Origin: Lytechinus pictus
Lineage: Eukaryota
Assembly (NCBI RefSeq): GCF_037042905.1
Contig: NC_087245.1
Location: forward strand, 39,928,001 to 39,992,000
DNA length: 64,000 bases
Reading direction: 5' to 3'
Both the position numbers and the translations under genes were made by a program. Positions 1 through 12,800 of the stretch are shown piece by piece (position 1 is the stretch's first letter; every line of letters starts with the position of its first letter). A model generated the notes under the pieces. That model saw nothing but the letters and a program-made list of their open reading frames with translations, made no database searches and was not told the origin of the DNA.

Positions 1-1235
1 TTTTTGGCTTCCCATAATTTAAGCACATGGTCTAAAGTTAACTTGGACTACAGAATATGGGTTTTATAGATACTTTTGTCATTAGCATTCATGTACTTGA
101 CTTCCTAAAAATCCTACCAAGAAAGCAAAGAACTAGAACATCTTTTTTCACTTTTAATTAAAACATTTTAAAAAGTCTGTGATTAGTAATTATACTTTTG
201 TCATTTTCATGAAGTTTGCTAAAAATGTAATTTTGTTCTAAATTGCCCATCCTAACTTTCCTTTTTTTCTACTGATGTAAATATCACTTTGTAAATAGAG
301 ATACTCCTGTACTATTCCCTTTTTGTTTTAACAGTAGCTTTCATTCCTTATTGTCCTGTATAAGATCCATTGTTTGTTTTTTTAGATGATATATAACTTT
401 TGCCCTGACCTGTATCTTTTTTGTTTCTTTTGTATTTAAGTTGAAATGTGTAAATATGAAATGAATATGATAAAATTAAAAAGGTATTCCAAGTTGGATT
501 TACAAGTCATGTAATGTGTTCTGTGAAGATTATTCTATTGGAGTCTGTATGTTAAAGCAACCTTTAATTGACAAATCATGGGGAAATCGAGGCTAATCTC
601 GGAACAGAGAAGGGATTCAAGTCTTTCACTCGGCCGCATGCCTGGGGGTGTTATGTAATAGACGCCGGCATGTCTGGGAGGTCTATAGGAGAGCAATTAG
701 TAGACTAACCAACCAGAAGTAAACTGCGTGTTTTCACTTTTGAAACATGTAACTTCACAGAGGTTATTTATTTTGGTTTAGCAATCAAGAGACATGCTAT
801 GAGTCTAGGAATTGGGATTGTTGGAAACTGGAACTGCGATGATCCGAAGTAAATAACCATCAAAGAGTTCGGTCAAATTCGTGCTGTACAAACTTTTATC
901 GCATTAGTCCGACGGGCGCTCATGACGGACAGATTATATTATGCAAGTCAATTGGCCTTTTGCAAATTTCATATTGAATCAATTTCCCCATGATTTGTCA
1001 GTGGCTGGGCGCTTCAAATGACTATCTTCCTAAAGCAAGTAAGCATGAAATCATTATTTGATGAAACGACTCGAGTACTGGTAACTCTGCCTGAGTCGGC
1101 CTTCCACAATATGCATAATCACTGAAGTCCATGCAAATTTTCACACCAGATTATTCAAAATGTGTTAAGCACTTCTTCTAAGTCAAATTTTTCCCAAATC
1201 AAACACATTTCTGTTGTCCTAATAGATTGGACTTA

Positions 1236-1748
1236 TACCTCGGTCACATTTGCTCTACGGCGGCCGTACGACTAATTGAAAACAGCCTTTTTATTCAAAC
1301 CACCTATGTATAGCTGGAACAAAAAATGTTAAAATGGCTGTATTTAACTCGACCGTCAGATGGTAAAACGGTCTATCTCGAAAATCGCTGAAGTATGTTG
1401 TGCATTGGGGTAAGATGGTAAAATGGTCTATCTAGAAGATAGACCATTTTACCATCTTATGATGTGTAGTATGAGTGTATACATGTGCTGTGGTTAAACA
1501 GTCTATCTACACAAAAATCTCATTTATTTCATAATTAAAACCCCAAATAAGCTAAAAATTCTTCAGTTATTAGTGTTTATTGTGCTTCTTCTTTTCCCAT
1601 TGCAAAAAATGCATCATTTCCGTCTCATAAAAAAGCTCAAACCTCTAAACTTCAAAGTCATTTCTCTCGATCAGAACAGCGATTTTCGAGATGGACCGTT
1701 TTACCATCTGACGGCCGAACTCGCCGTAGAGTAAATGTGACCGAGGTA
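1236..1748. mobile_element. Palindromic MITE (TACCTCGGTCACATTT TIR; TTA flanks, Harbinger/Tourist-like), interrupted
   Basis: TIRs at both ends; further copies at about 5432-5580 and 52469-52631. Confidence 0.8.
1350..1717. mobile_element. MITE with about 40-bp TIR and 4-bp TSD AACT, nested in the previous element
   Basis: CGACCGTCAGATGGTAAAACGG / CCGTTTTACCATCTGACGGCCG; AACT at 1346-1349 and 1718-1721. Confidence 0.75.
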
Positions 1749-3940
1749 TTAGACAAAGGTACCTGTATCTTGTCAGCTTTTTTACTTACAAAGCAGATAG
1801 AAAAAATATCAAGTCCCAGTCCCCGATACCCATTTTTGATCTTCGACCTTAAAGGGCCCAGCCACTGACAAATCATGGGGAAATTGATTCAATACGAAAT
1901 TTGCAAAGACTTGCATAATATAATCTGTCCGACATGAGCGCCCGGCGGACTAATGCGATAAAAGTTCGTACAGCACGAATTTGACCGAACTCTTGATGGT
2001 TAATTTACTTCGGATCATCGCAGTTCCAGTTTCCAACAATTCCTAGACTCATAGCATGTCTCTTGATTGCTAAACCAAGATAAATAACCTCTGTGAAGTT
2101 ACATGTTTCAAAAGTGAAAACATGCAGTTTACTTTTGGTTGGTTAGTCTACTAACTAATTGCTCTCCTATAGACCTCCCAGACATGCCGGCGTCTATTAC
2201 ATAACACCCCCAGGCATGCGGCCGAGTGAAAGACTTGAATCCCTTCTCTGTTCCGAGATTAGCCTTGATTTCCCCATGATTTGTCAATTAAAGGTCGCTT
2301 TAACAGGAAGGATGCAAGAGAGAGAGAGTGGCTGAAAAATTAACTTGCAATTGACTGCAACCATTTTGTCAAATGACTGCTTCATGACACCCTCCCAGCT
2401 CTTGCCCTCCTCTCTGGGGATACTGACCCCACCATGTCCCTTCATTCATTCATTTTTGCCAAACACACAACAATACTCTGTTCTCTTGTCTTACACAACA
2501 CATCACTACCAGTACATGAAAGAATAATAAATCAATCTATTTTCACATTTTCAACATTGTTGATATGTATTATTTCATATACACATAATATACAAGTACA
2601 TGGACCAATGGTATACACACCATCTAAAAAGTGTACATAGATGAAAAATAGAAGATATTCACTGCCTCAAATCAAAGAGTTTAGTGGATTGTACAAAAGC
2701 ATAAAATAAACGAGTCTTACAATATAAAAATTGAACTTCTAGCAAAGAAATAGAGAAACTTAAAATGACATGGCACATAGAATTATTTTAATTCACAATA
2801 TTTGTTTGGATGTCTAAAAATAGATTTGTCCAATTTATGGCTTTGAATCGGGGGGGGGGGGGGGGGTAATCAATGTTAATTGCCAATATCATTAACAAAA
2901 AGTCGCTTTGCACAAAGGATAAGCTCCCTGGTTGTAGATTATTGGGTCCAGGATTCAAAACCCACCACTGCAGCAGCTCCCTTTGGCAAGATGTTGATCT
3001 ATCTTTTGCCACTCTCCACCCAGGTGTTATCTAGCCACCCAACTATCCAGTTCTGCATTTTAACTACCTCAAAATGCCTCTCGGTAGAATACGTCCCTTG
3101 TGAGGGGGAATGACGTGAACAATTAGTTTATCTGGTGTGCATGCAAGCCTGTCAACACTTTGCTACAATGGAAGTCAATATCGCACTGATCACAGATTTC
3201 ATTCGATTTTTTATCAGCACATCTTTGTGTATCAAAGGCTCTAATTCAAAGTTTTAACAATTATCTCGTGCACTTTACTGAACACATGAAAACAATAAAA
3301 CTTGATGAAATTCGGTTGTACAATAATTATTGGAATATTGAAGACATTGTAAATCTGTGCTAATAATAGAATCAGCTAGATGGATTCTAAACATATGCCT
3401 CCACCATTGCAAGAAATACATTACACACCCAACTTCCAACATTCTCGAATATTGTGTGACCTCTGACCCCAAAATCTATTTAGAGCGTCATCATTCCGAG
3501 ATGCAAACTTATTGGACCAAGTTTTAATTTGATCAGCCAAATGGTTCTTTAGCAATTGCAAAGAACAAAAACAGGGGAGGAAAGATGAACAGACGATCAG
3601 AAAACATAATAATCTGACAACCAGCCGGATGGGCGGAAGCATGAAAATAGCTGGAAAAAACATAGCCAGATCTGAGAGTAGTCCCATTTACTTGCTTTTG
3701 AGTCCTGTGAAATTTACCTTTGGTTAAAAGATAAAAACTTTCCTTCTTTGACTCTAATATTGGATTTTAAATATGCTCCCAGTTACTGCAATTCCACATC
3801 AAAAGAAAATTCTGAGTTGGAAACATCGGGTTACTTTAATGGTGAAAATTTCTATAAATCTACGTGGAAATTCTATACACGACCTACCAAATACCAGATT
3901 ATTATTAAACAGTTTGCGACTTACTGACAAAAACTGAAGA

Positions 3941-4047
3941 TCATTATATTGAATACAATTTATGGCTTTCACCCAGTAAATTTACGAGATTGATCAATGC
4001 GACCCCATTTACTAGGTGACAGTCATAAATTGTATTCAATATAATGA
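3941..4047. repeat. Short fold-back (hairpin) element
   Basis: TCATTATATTGAATACAATTTATG ... CATAAATTGTATTCAATATAATGA. Confidence 0.7.
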
Positions 4048-4082
4048 AGCTTCCTTACAAAGCCTTTAACATTCCATAACAA

Positions 4083-4365
4083 ACAAGAGTGTCGCTAGGG
4101 CGAGCACATAATACGCCCGCCTGTTACGTAGAAAATGGAGTTATTGGTCAAGCAAGAAAAGTGGAAAGTGGCAACTTCACCTTTGACCTTCGGACCTCAA
4201 AATCAATAGAATTCCTGGTATCTACGCTAGTATCATACACACCAAATTATATGAGCCTAGGTTAAGTCAAACTGAAGTTATCGCGTTTACAAGGAAAAGT
4301 TAACAGATGGACAGACACCGAGCGTGATACCATAATACGTCCCGTCTAGGACAGGCGTATAAAAA
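4083..4365. mobile_element. Helentron-associated (HINE/DINE-like) short element
   Basis: ACAAG start, ATAATACGCCC motif repeated at the 3' hairpin (ATACGTCCCGTC..GGCGTAT), GACA microsatellite, GACCTT core. Confidence 0.55.
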
Positions 4366-5431
4366 TCATAGGGAAGAATCAATGTGGAAGAGTAAACATC
4401 AGTGGAAATCATCTAAACTTAATCTCAATTTTCAAGTACTGGGTTTGTTTCACAAGTATGAATTGATTACAATTACCTCATAATATAATGATTAATATAA
4501 CAGCTGCATTATCATCAACAACACTGAACACTGAAATATCAAAATGCTGAGATTTCGGTTTCCTAAAATCAGAATTATATTCAGATGACAAGAATTTATG
4601 CTTGAACATTTAATATTTCTATTACTTAATGTCAACAAATTTATGTTCATTGATAAATTCAAAATACATTCATTGAGAAATTCCTAATCATGATCCAAAT
4701 TCCTACATTTTTTGGCATGAAGAAAAATAAAAACCCAAATTTATTCAATCAACATCTTCGTACGAGTTTACGAAAATAACAGCAAACATAAACATTATTG
4801 CGGTTTCTAATTTGAATTCAAATTCATCGAACCGAAATCTTGTACAAAGCCGAGCCCTCTTTCATAAAACTAGAATCGATGGCAAGTTAAAAACCACTTT
4901 CATAAAAGCCAGTGAAGTGGTGCGATTTGATTGGTTAAGAGCGACTGTCAATAGAACTTTTTTGTATCAATACTATAAGTGTTACTGAAACGGGAGCCAT
5001 TTCACAAAGGATTTATGATGATTGTAACTTTGCATTTATGGTAAAAACCTTGGCTCACCAGCCAATCAAAATCTTCAAAGAATTCCATGGAATTTACCAA
5101 AACGGCGAAGTAGAGGCCTCAGGAGTCCACTATCCATTCCACTCATAACAAAATATATATCAATATTTCTATCATGACGAAGTGTGTGAATCATTGGAAA
5201 CAGATCCGTACAATGACAAAGTTGCAAAAGTGGAAATCGCACTTAGCTGTTCTGAGTATTTTTTTTTCTGGCAAAACTAGGCATATTGTGTCTTTTTATT
5301 TACCAGTCCCCAATCGATTTGTGCATAATACAAACAATAGTTCCATTTTTACTGGTTTAACTATACTGGCCCATAATCTAAAGTATGGTATATCTTGGTG
5401 CTAAAATTAAGGAAAGCTAAAAAGTCAAAGT

Positions 5432-5580
5432 TTTACTCTACGGCGGGCGTACAGCGAGTCGGAAACAGCCGTTTTAACTTTTTTTGTACCAGCTATACAT
5501 AGGTGGTTTGAATAAAAATGAATAAAACGGCTGTTTTCGACTCGCTGTACAGCCGCCGTAGAGTAAATGTGACCGAGGTA
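5432..5580. mobile_element. Partial copy of the TACCTCGGTCAC MITE
   Basis: Matches 52469-52631. Confidence 0.75.
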
Positions 5581-5990
5581 CATGTATTAGATATGCATTG
5601 ATTCTTCTTGTTTGCTTTACTCTTTGCTCTTTTTTTTTAGATTGTTCTTTGGGCCTGATGTTGCCATCGTAAAATGATGAAAAGTGGCCCATGACTGCCA
5701 CGTAATAAACCATAATTAAATTAAAAGTATGTTTTACATCAAGCTAATTGAATATGTATTAACATTTTGTTTTTTTAAGTCATTTTTTACCCATGCTTTA
5801 CTGGTGAAGAAAAATAATTTTAGTTCTTATTTCCCGACAATTATGAATGATCCGAGTGTCCTATGTGCTGATAGATAGAACCTGTACCATTAGAGATGGG
5901 TGTCACAGTTGGCTTTCCATAGTTATAACACAAATGTATACCCTAGTTTGAATTAAACCCGAGTTCAGAATACAACCTACCAAGGCTTAA

Positions 5991-6550
5991 CCCTATCCTA
6001 ACTGGGCTATTTCTGACCAGGATATACTGGGGGGGGGGGGGGTCAATATGACCCCCCCCCCCAGATCTCGGTCGCTGATTGTTAGATCGCCACGAAAATT
6101 TGCACGCACATACATGCAGAGCGGGATGTAAACTACAAGACTGAATCGTACAATTTTCACAAAATTAATTGTTTATAATATTAATTGATTATGCAAATAA
6201 GCATATGAAATTTGCCGAAAATTTGATTTTTTTTTTTTTGTGTACATGTATGTTTTTGCCTTAACTCAATTTATGTAGCTAGTAGAATGCTAATTATTGG
6301 TGGGAGTATCAATTATTACATTTCTGACAAATATCTGCAAAAAATTGCAAAAATATAATTTCTTATGTATTTTATTATTTCTTTAATTCTTATGTATTTC
6401 TTTGTTTTTTTCCAAACCTTTGTTTTTTATTGTTTTTCCGATGAACTTTGTCGAGGACCCATTGCGATCATAAATAGCATAAAATAAATCCATTAAAACC
6501 AACTAAAGTAAAAATAATCATACATTTATGATTTTTGGTTGAATTTAACT
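5991..6550. mobile_element. piggyBac-like MITE, truncated
   Basis: TTAA-CCCTAT start; similar to 17977-18752. Confidence 0.6.
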
Positions 6551-7055
6551 CTATTGAGATAAAAGTATCTTCAACCCGGAGCATCCCTTTAACCCTTATT
6601 AAACTGGGAGGGGGGGGGGGGGTCAATTTGATTCTACACTTACAATGTGAACAGTGAACACAGCTTTGGAAGGCAAGCATGTAAAACAAAAAAGGTACAA
6701 ATATATCTCCACATGCACATGATTTTGGTAATGTTACAGAATATAGCAATGTCATGAACACTTTATACAGATAACAGATCCAAAACATGTATGTACAGTT
6801 TATAAGTATGACCTACAGGCAGGTCTAATCTAACAAAACTTTCAGAATAGGCCAGTGAACAATGAAGATTCTTGCAATAATTATTGCTGGTTGACAAGAG
6901 ACAAGTGAGTGGTGTTATCTCATGCACCTTTTATAAATATTGTAAATATTGTATATATCACAGATATTACGCCATGGATCTATACATGTAGCTGCCCAAA
7001 CATACCAGGAATGGACACAACAGTCATTAAAGTTTCATAACCAAAGACTTTACCT

Positions 7056-7187
7056 GGGTCCCGTGACACAAAGAATAGCGATTAATCGTACGCTTGATTT
7101 TCACCATTGATTGTACATTGTAGTCAATGGAATCTCTCATAGAAAAATGTTCTACGATCACTGCTAAGCTTTGCGTTACGGGCCCCA
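7056..7187. mobile_element. Small MITE
   Basis: GGGTCCCGTGACACAAAG / CTTTGCGTTACGGGCCCC imperfect TIRs. Confidence 0.6.
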
Positions 7188-7906
7188 GAACATTGTGCTA
7201 CGCAACTGATGTATTTTGAAGAATAACTGCCCTTGAAGCATGTGTGGTGCACATGTCCTGAAAAATGTATTTCAGTATTGAGAGGAAATTTCAAATCATA
7301 CTAGATGAGGAAAAAGTAATATATGAAGGACAATAGGGTTTCATTTGTATATGAATTTGTGAAGGTGACGATGGACTGGCTGTAACCTGTAATGTTATTA
7401 ATTACAAGACATAATCTACAACATGGACTGCTTGTGGTGGTTTCAATACAGATTGACTTCTGAACAGTAACCCTGGACCAAATCTAAGCTCCATTTTGAA
7501 AACTGATTTAAAAAAGATATGAACAGAAGGATGGTGCCTCTCGAATAGGAAGTTACTAAAGCAGGTAAAAAGACCAAAATCTCTGCCATTACTAATCACC
7601 AAGTGATGTATTATTTCAAAACCCTATTTACCTTCCATACAACAGTGTTAAGTTTTGTGTCAAGACGAGAAATATATATTGTCAAACAGCAAGTTGCCAT
7701 AAGTTTATCACGGAGAGATAAATTTCAACGAAGCCATGACATAGGGAATGCTTCGGTCGTAGAAGTCTCCTTGTACGACTTTCTAACACTAAACCAATTA
7801 CTGAACATGTAATTAGAAAGAGTATTGCATACAGTTTATTCTTATGCTGCACAGGCTTTTACCAAGATGTAGACAAATACAAAACACTTAATGTCTTGGT
7901 TTTGTA

Positions 7907-9861
7907 CTATCTCGGTCGAGAGCCATGTCCATAATCTCTTGATATAGGCCGATCACGACCCATCCTTGGGTCTTTCAGTTCGTTTGACCCATGCCTGTAA
8001 TCAACTCTCACTGGTTGATCTTCGTCTCTATCAGAGTAATCTCTTGACCAGTCCTGTCCCCTCCCCCTACCCCGATCTCCTTTGGGCCCCCATTCCTGCC
8101 TCGGCCAGGGTTCTCTCTCCCCCCTCCTGCTACGTTCCCAATGTTCTTTGGCCCATGCCTCCCGGGGTTTATCACCCTCCCAAGGCCTCCTCTCGTCAGT
8201 GTCCTCAAACTGACCAGCACTCTGCCGCAGGTCGACATCTCTTCGGAAGTCAACATCCCTGGAGGGTTGCTTTCGTTGAGCCATTGGGCCGGGATCATCA
8301 CCGTGTTGGACCTCTCCATCATCGTCATCTCCGTATTTCCATCCTTCTTCGCCAGGGGGCGGTGGCTCCAGTTTGCGCTTCTTGGTGACGGGTACTGATG
8401 GAGCCACTGGCGGTGGGTGATGAGGGACGAGTGGTGCCCTTGGACCAGGTGGGCGTGGCAGGCGTGGGGGGAGGTGCAGTTGGTGTCGGATGGGAGGCTG
8501 ATGGGGTGCAGGTTGATGGTGGGGGGTTGAAGGATGAGTGATGGGTAGGGGTTGGAATGGAGCCGGGGGTTGCCCTTGAGATAACGGAGGGCCAGGGTGG
8601 TGAAGAGGGACATGAGGAGGGGCAGTGGAATGCGGATGGTGAGCTGACTGTGAATGTGGCTCATCATGATGGTGCATGGGGTCGGGATACCTTGGAAAGT
8701 CTTTTTGTGGGAAAGCGGTAGGCTGCTCCCTCGGAACTACCGGTTTTTGTTGCGGATGACCAACCTTTTGGGTTAATGCTTGAGATGTTGAAGAAGCCGA
8801 GCTGACTGTATTGTTATCTGTTGTCACTGCTTGCGGCACTGGCGGGTTCAGAGTTGGGCTTTGCACTGCATTCCACAGCACTGCTCCCACAGCAAAAGGA
8901 GGCAGATTCGGTGGTGGGCACAATGGTTGTACATCTCCACCCTGAGATTTCTCTTGGGCGGGATCCGATCCAGTTCCTCCTGGAGTGCTTGTAGCATCAT
9001 CCTTGGGAGTCATTGTACTGGAATCTGCCTGAGCCAATCGTACATCTGGTGAGGTACCTGCCTCATCTGACGTTTGCTCATCTGTTTTACCTAATTTCCC
9101 TGTAGCTTTGTTGATCTCTGACTGCAGTGACTCAATCTGTCGGTCCAACAGGGCTCTCTTGGCCTCCTCCACTTGCTTGGTGAGTTGAATCAGTAGCTGC
9201 TGTTGTTCCGAGAGACCAGATTGGTCACTGAATGAACTCAGAATGTCCTGAGATGCATCGGCTGCCACACTCGCAATATCCGCTGCTTTCACTCCGCTCT
9301 CTGTTCCCTCATCAGCTTTCACCACTTCCTTCGCTTCTTGAATAACCACTGGAGGAACCTGAGGGTACAGAGCAGGTTCTGGGATCACCGCAGAAGATGG
9401 CATGCTGCGTCCTGCATGCCAGTCGTCCGTCGGATCCGACGGATCATACGGAGCCTCCCGCTCTTCTCGAGTAGGTGAATACGGTTCTTCAAGCTCCACT
9501 TCGAGTTCCTTCGGGTCAGCATTGGCATACTGTGCCACGATTGGATCCACCAGCTGATCCTCGGTAACATACATCTCCTGTTGCTTGGGATACGAATCCT
9601 TAGGGGCCATCATGTCAGATATCTCCCTCATGGATGGCACGCTTGAGTGGAAGGACGACATGGTGTTCTCGGGAGGTGCAATATCATGAGATGGCTGATG
9701 GTGGGGTTTCCTCTTAGGGACATGGTGGACCGGAGGAGGCTCCCTAGGAGGTTGACTGATAGGCTTAGAGGCAACCTCTGCGTCAAGGCTCATGGACCGC
9801 TGCTTGTCCTTGTGACGGACTACTACACCTAGCATCATGTGTGGTCGATTAGATGGTAGAC
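7907..9861 (-). CDS. DIDO1: DIDO1-like terminal coding exon (SPOC end, coiled coil, Pro/His-rich and RD/RE-rich tail)
   Basis: accacag acceptor; GLPSNRPHMMLGVVVR; TAG stop at 7907-7909. Confidence 0.92.
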
Positions 9862-12800
9862 CTGTGGTTAAGAGAAATAGTTCATACAATAGTTCACTCA
9901 AGATGGAGAAATATTACCTACGAACACCTACACAGGAAAAATATTACCATTTTATCTTAAATTATTCTTGTAATAAATACACCTTTCTAATATCAAAGTT
10001 AGAATTTCTTAATATTTCATTACATTGTACCAGATTGATTAAAGCCTACTCAATGTATAATAGAAAAAAAAAATTGCTTCTTGTATTCAGCAAGTTTTTT
10101 AAGAACTTGAGAAAATTTGCAAATATGCAACCTTCACAGCTCTACAAGTTAAATCTGAGGGAAGACGTACCTGGGCCATTGAATGGCAGTATCTGGTGGG
10201 GAACCTTATCGCTTGACGGCAAGGCTATCAGGTAGAAGTCCTTGACATGAGGCCGGTTCTTCCCAATCACACCAATGCGCTGGCGGGTGTAGAAGTAGTC
10301 GAAGAGGGCAAAGAAGGCCGGCTCCTCGTCCTCCTGCCAGACGTGGAAGCGGACGATGGTCATCTCTGTCGATTGCGACTGCTTGAGCTTGGTGAAGTAG
10401 TCCCAGACCACCTTATAGGGGATACGCCCACACACCTCCAAGGTGTCCTGAAGGTCCTGTATTGTGATATTGAAAGTTTCACACGGGTTAGTGGCTACCA
10501 CGTCAGATTTACCTTCTGAAATTTCATGATCGATATGTAATATGTGAGGCGAGGTATGAAAAAAATGATTCTTCATACATTTAATATTTTTTTTCAAAAT
10601 CATCATCGTCATCAACATCATCACCATCATCATCACCTACCTTACCACCACCATCCTCACCACCACCACCACCATCATCATCACCATCTAGAAATCTACA
10701 TTCCCATTGCAAACAAACTTAGATACTCACCAATGTTATACTTTGAGCAGGACCAGACACATGATGGGCCACGGCAACAAACTTGGACACCTCGTGCATG
10801 AAGATGAACCCCCTCCAAGCCGGTGTGGGCGTCAGTGCAGCGGAAGACACCGACCTCTTGACCTGCGAAGGTCGCGAAGCCTTCTTCTCCTTGACGGGTT
10901 TGGGAGCGGTGCGCACTACGACTGGAGGCGGAGGACTTCCTGGAGGGGTGCTAAAATCAGAGAAACACAAAACAGAATAACGTTTAGACCTTCTAACCAA
11001 TCCCTTTTTTCACAAATAAGAAACACTCAAGCTGCAGAATGATTTTAAGGAAATTGATTTTTCACGAAAACACAATTTTTCGGGCCAAATACAATGAACT
11101 CATAAGACTACAGTGAATAGCATGAAAATCAAAGAAATAACAACCCTGCACAAGTGGAAAATCTGTCCATGAAACCTGTTCACAATGTTTTGCATGTGTT
11201 TTATCAGCTTGATCTTCATGGAAGCTTACATATTTCTAAGAGTTTCACTATTGACAATCACTCCATTGCATGTTTTATATATGCCATCAAGGAACAAGCA
11301 GTGTAATGCTTGGATCACCGAAGAACAATGATATTGGCATAACAGAAAACAGATAACTGGAATCTCTACAGTAACCCATCACTTACGTGGATTCCTCCAC
11401 CGTTTCAGTGATGGCAGCAGCGGCATCGTCGTCATCATCGTCATCCTCGCCTCCACCGACCGTCTCCATGAGATCGTCGTAAAGGTCCTCCGTGACCGAT
11501 TTCACCTTTGGTTTTATCTCCTCAATCTCCTCCCCAAAGAACTTGACTGGTTTCTCCTTGACGATGCCTCCTCTCTTCTTTTCTTCCACCACCGCTACTT
11601 TCTTGATCTTGGGGGTTTTCCTTACAATGGCTTTCTTCTTGGCAACCTTCTCCTCCTTTGGAGCTGGTATTTTACCTAAAAGATGTAATATGCAAAAGCT
11701 GTAATTAGAAGATTCAATTCAATTTGTGGAAAATAATTGTACATTTTCACTGTACTGCAATAGCAGTAGTTTGATTGTAAATTACATGTATCAGGCATTA
11801 TTATGGACAAGCCTTTAAAAAAATGAAAGGTACACTGACAGTATATAATAATATGTGCTATTTATTGCTCAGTGATGTTTATCAAGAATGGCCATTAGAG
11901 ATATAGGGGAACAAGTTGCATTAATTGGACCAACTCACAATTTAAAGAAAAAAAATCTGCTGTTTCTGAGCAGTTGTTGGTAAGATAGGTTGGTTGTTTA
12001 GGGGGATCTACTCACAAACATTTTTATTATCATTGACAAATTGCAATAAGGAGCACTTTTGGCAAACTGGCTCATTTGTGCAGTTCTTGCAGTTGAGATC
12101 AACGAGATGAGCTTTGTGTTGAGCATGATCGTTTGAGTCCTAGAATAGAGAAAAGATCAACAGGGTGTTTTCATTGAACCTACTCGTAATCTTAAGTTTT
12201 ATCATCAATTATGAGAAATGCTTTCGAGGATAGTTTCATGGCAAACCGACTCACCTGTGCAGATCTTGCAGTTGAGATCAAAGAGATGTGCTTTGTGTTG
12301 CTCAGTGGTGTCTATGAGCATGGTCGTGGGAGTCGTCGGCGAAGTGGGCGTGGTCGGGGAGGATCCAGAATGACGCCTGGGAGATCCAAACGAGGGTCTC
12401 GATGGACTCTTCAGCTCGGACTCTGTCGAAGGTCTCTTGGACCGCTTCAACGTTTCCTCCTCCACCTTGGTGTGTGGCTGCAAGAAACAAAACCCTCAAT
12501 CAAAACAACCTCATTCTCATCTACTTTCTAAAACCCCACTCCTGTAGTTAACAGTTTAGTTAATACCAGATTAACGTCTAATGAGAACACTTCATGCTTG
12601 GGAGCAATCTTAAGTGGTCTTGGAAACCAGTTCGTAAATTTACCTTCCAATGTGGTTTTGCTTCGATAAACTAGTTTAGGCATAGATGAAGACACAACCC
12701 TTCTTCAAGAACTTCACTCAGAAATACTGAAGCATGTGCATGTTGGGCGCGATACTCCACACACACACACAGTATGACTCGTCGATGCAGAATGCTGTCA

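Larger units (their letters stand above)
556..2299. mobile_element. Non-autonomous DNA transposon with about 450-bp TIRs and TTAA TSD (Kolobok-like)
   Basis: 556-1010 is the near-exact reverse complement of about 1860-2299; TTAA at 552-555 and 2300-2303; AG..CT termini. Confidence 0.85.

Noticed and set aside
7835-7840. AATAAA on the minus strand about 70 nt after the stop codon
   Set aside because: Plausible poly(A) signal, but such hexamers are common in AT-rich DNA and it cannot be assigned without transcript data
7966-9832. Overlapping and antisense ORFs over the terminal exon (140 aa, 219 aa and others)
   Set aside because: Shadow frames of GC-rich, low-complexity coding sequence
10544-10801. 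Poly-His ORF
   Set aside because: Product of an intronic (CAT/CAC)n microsatellite
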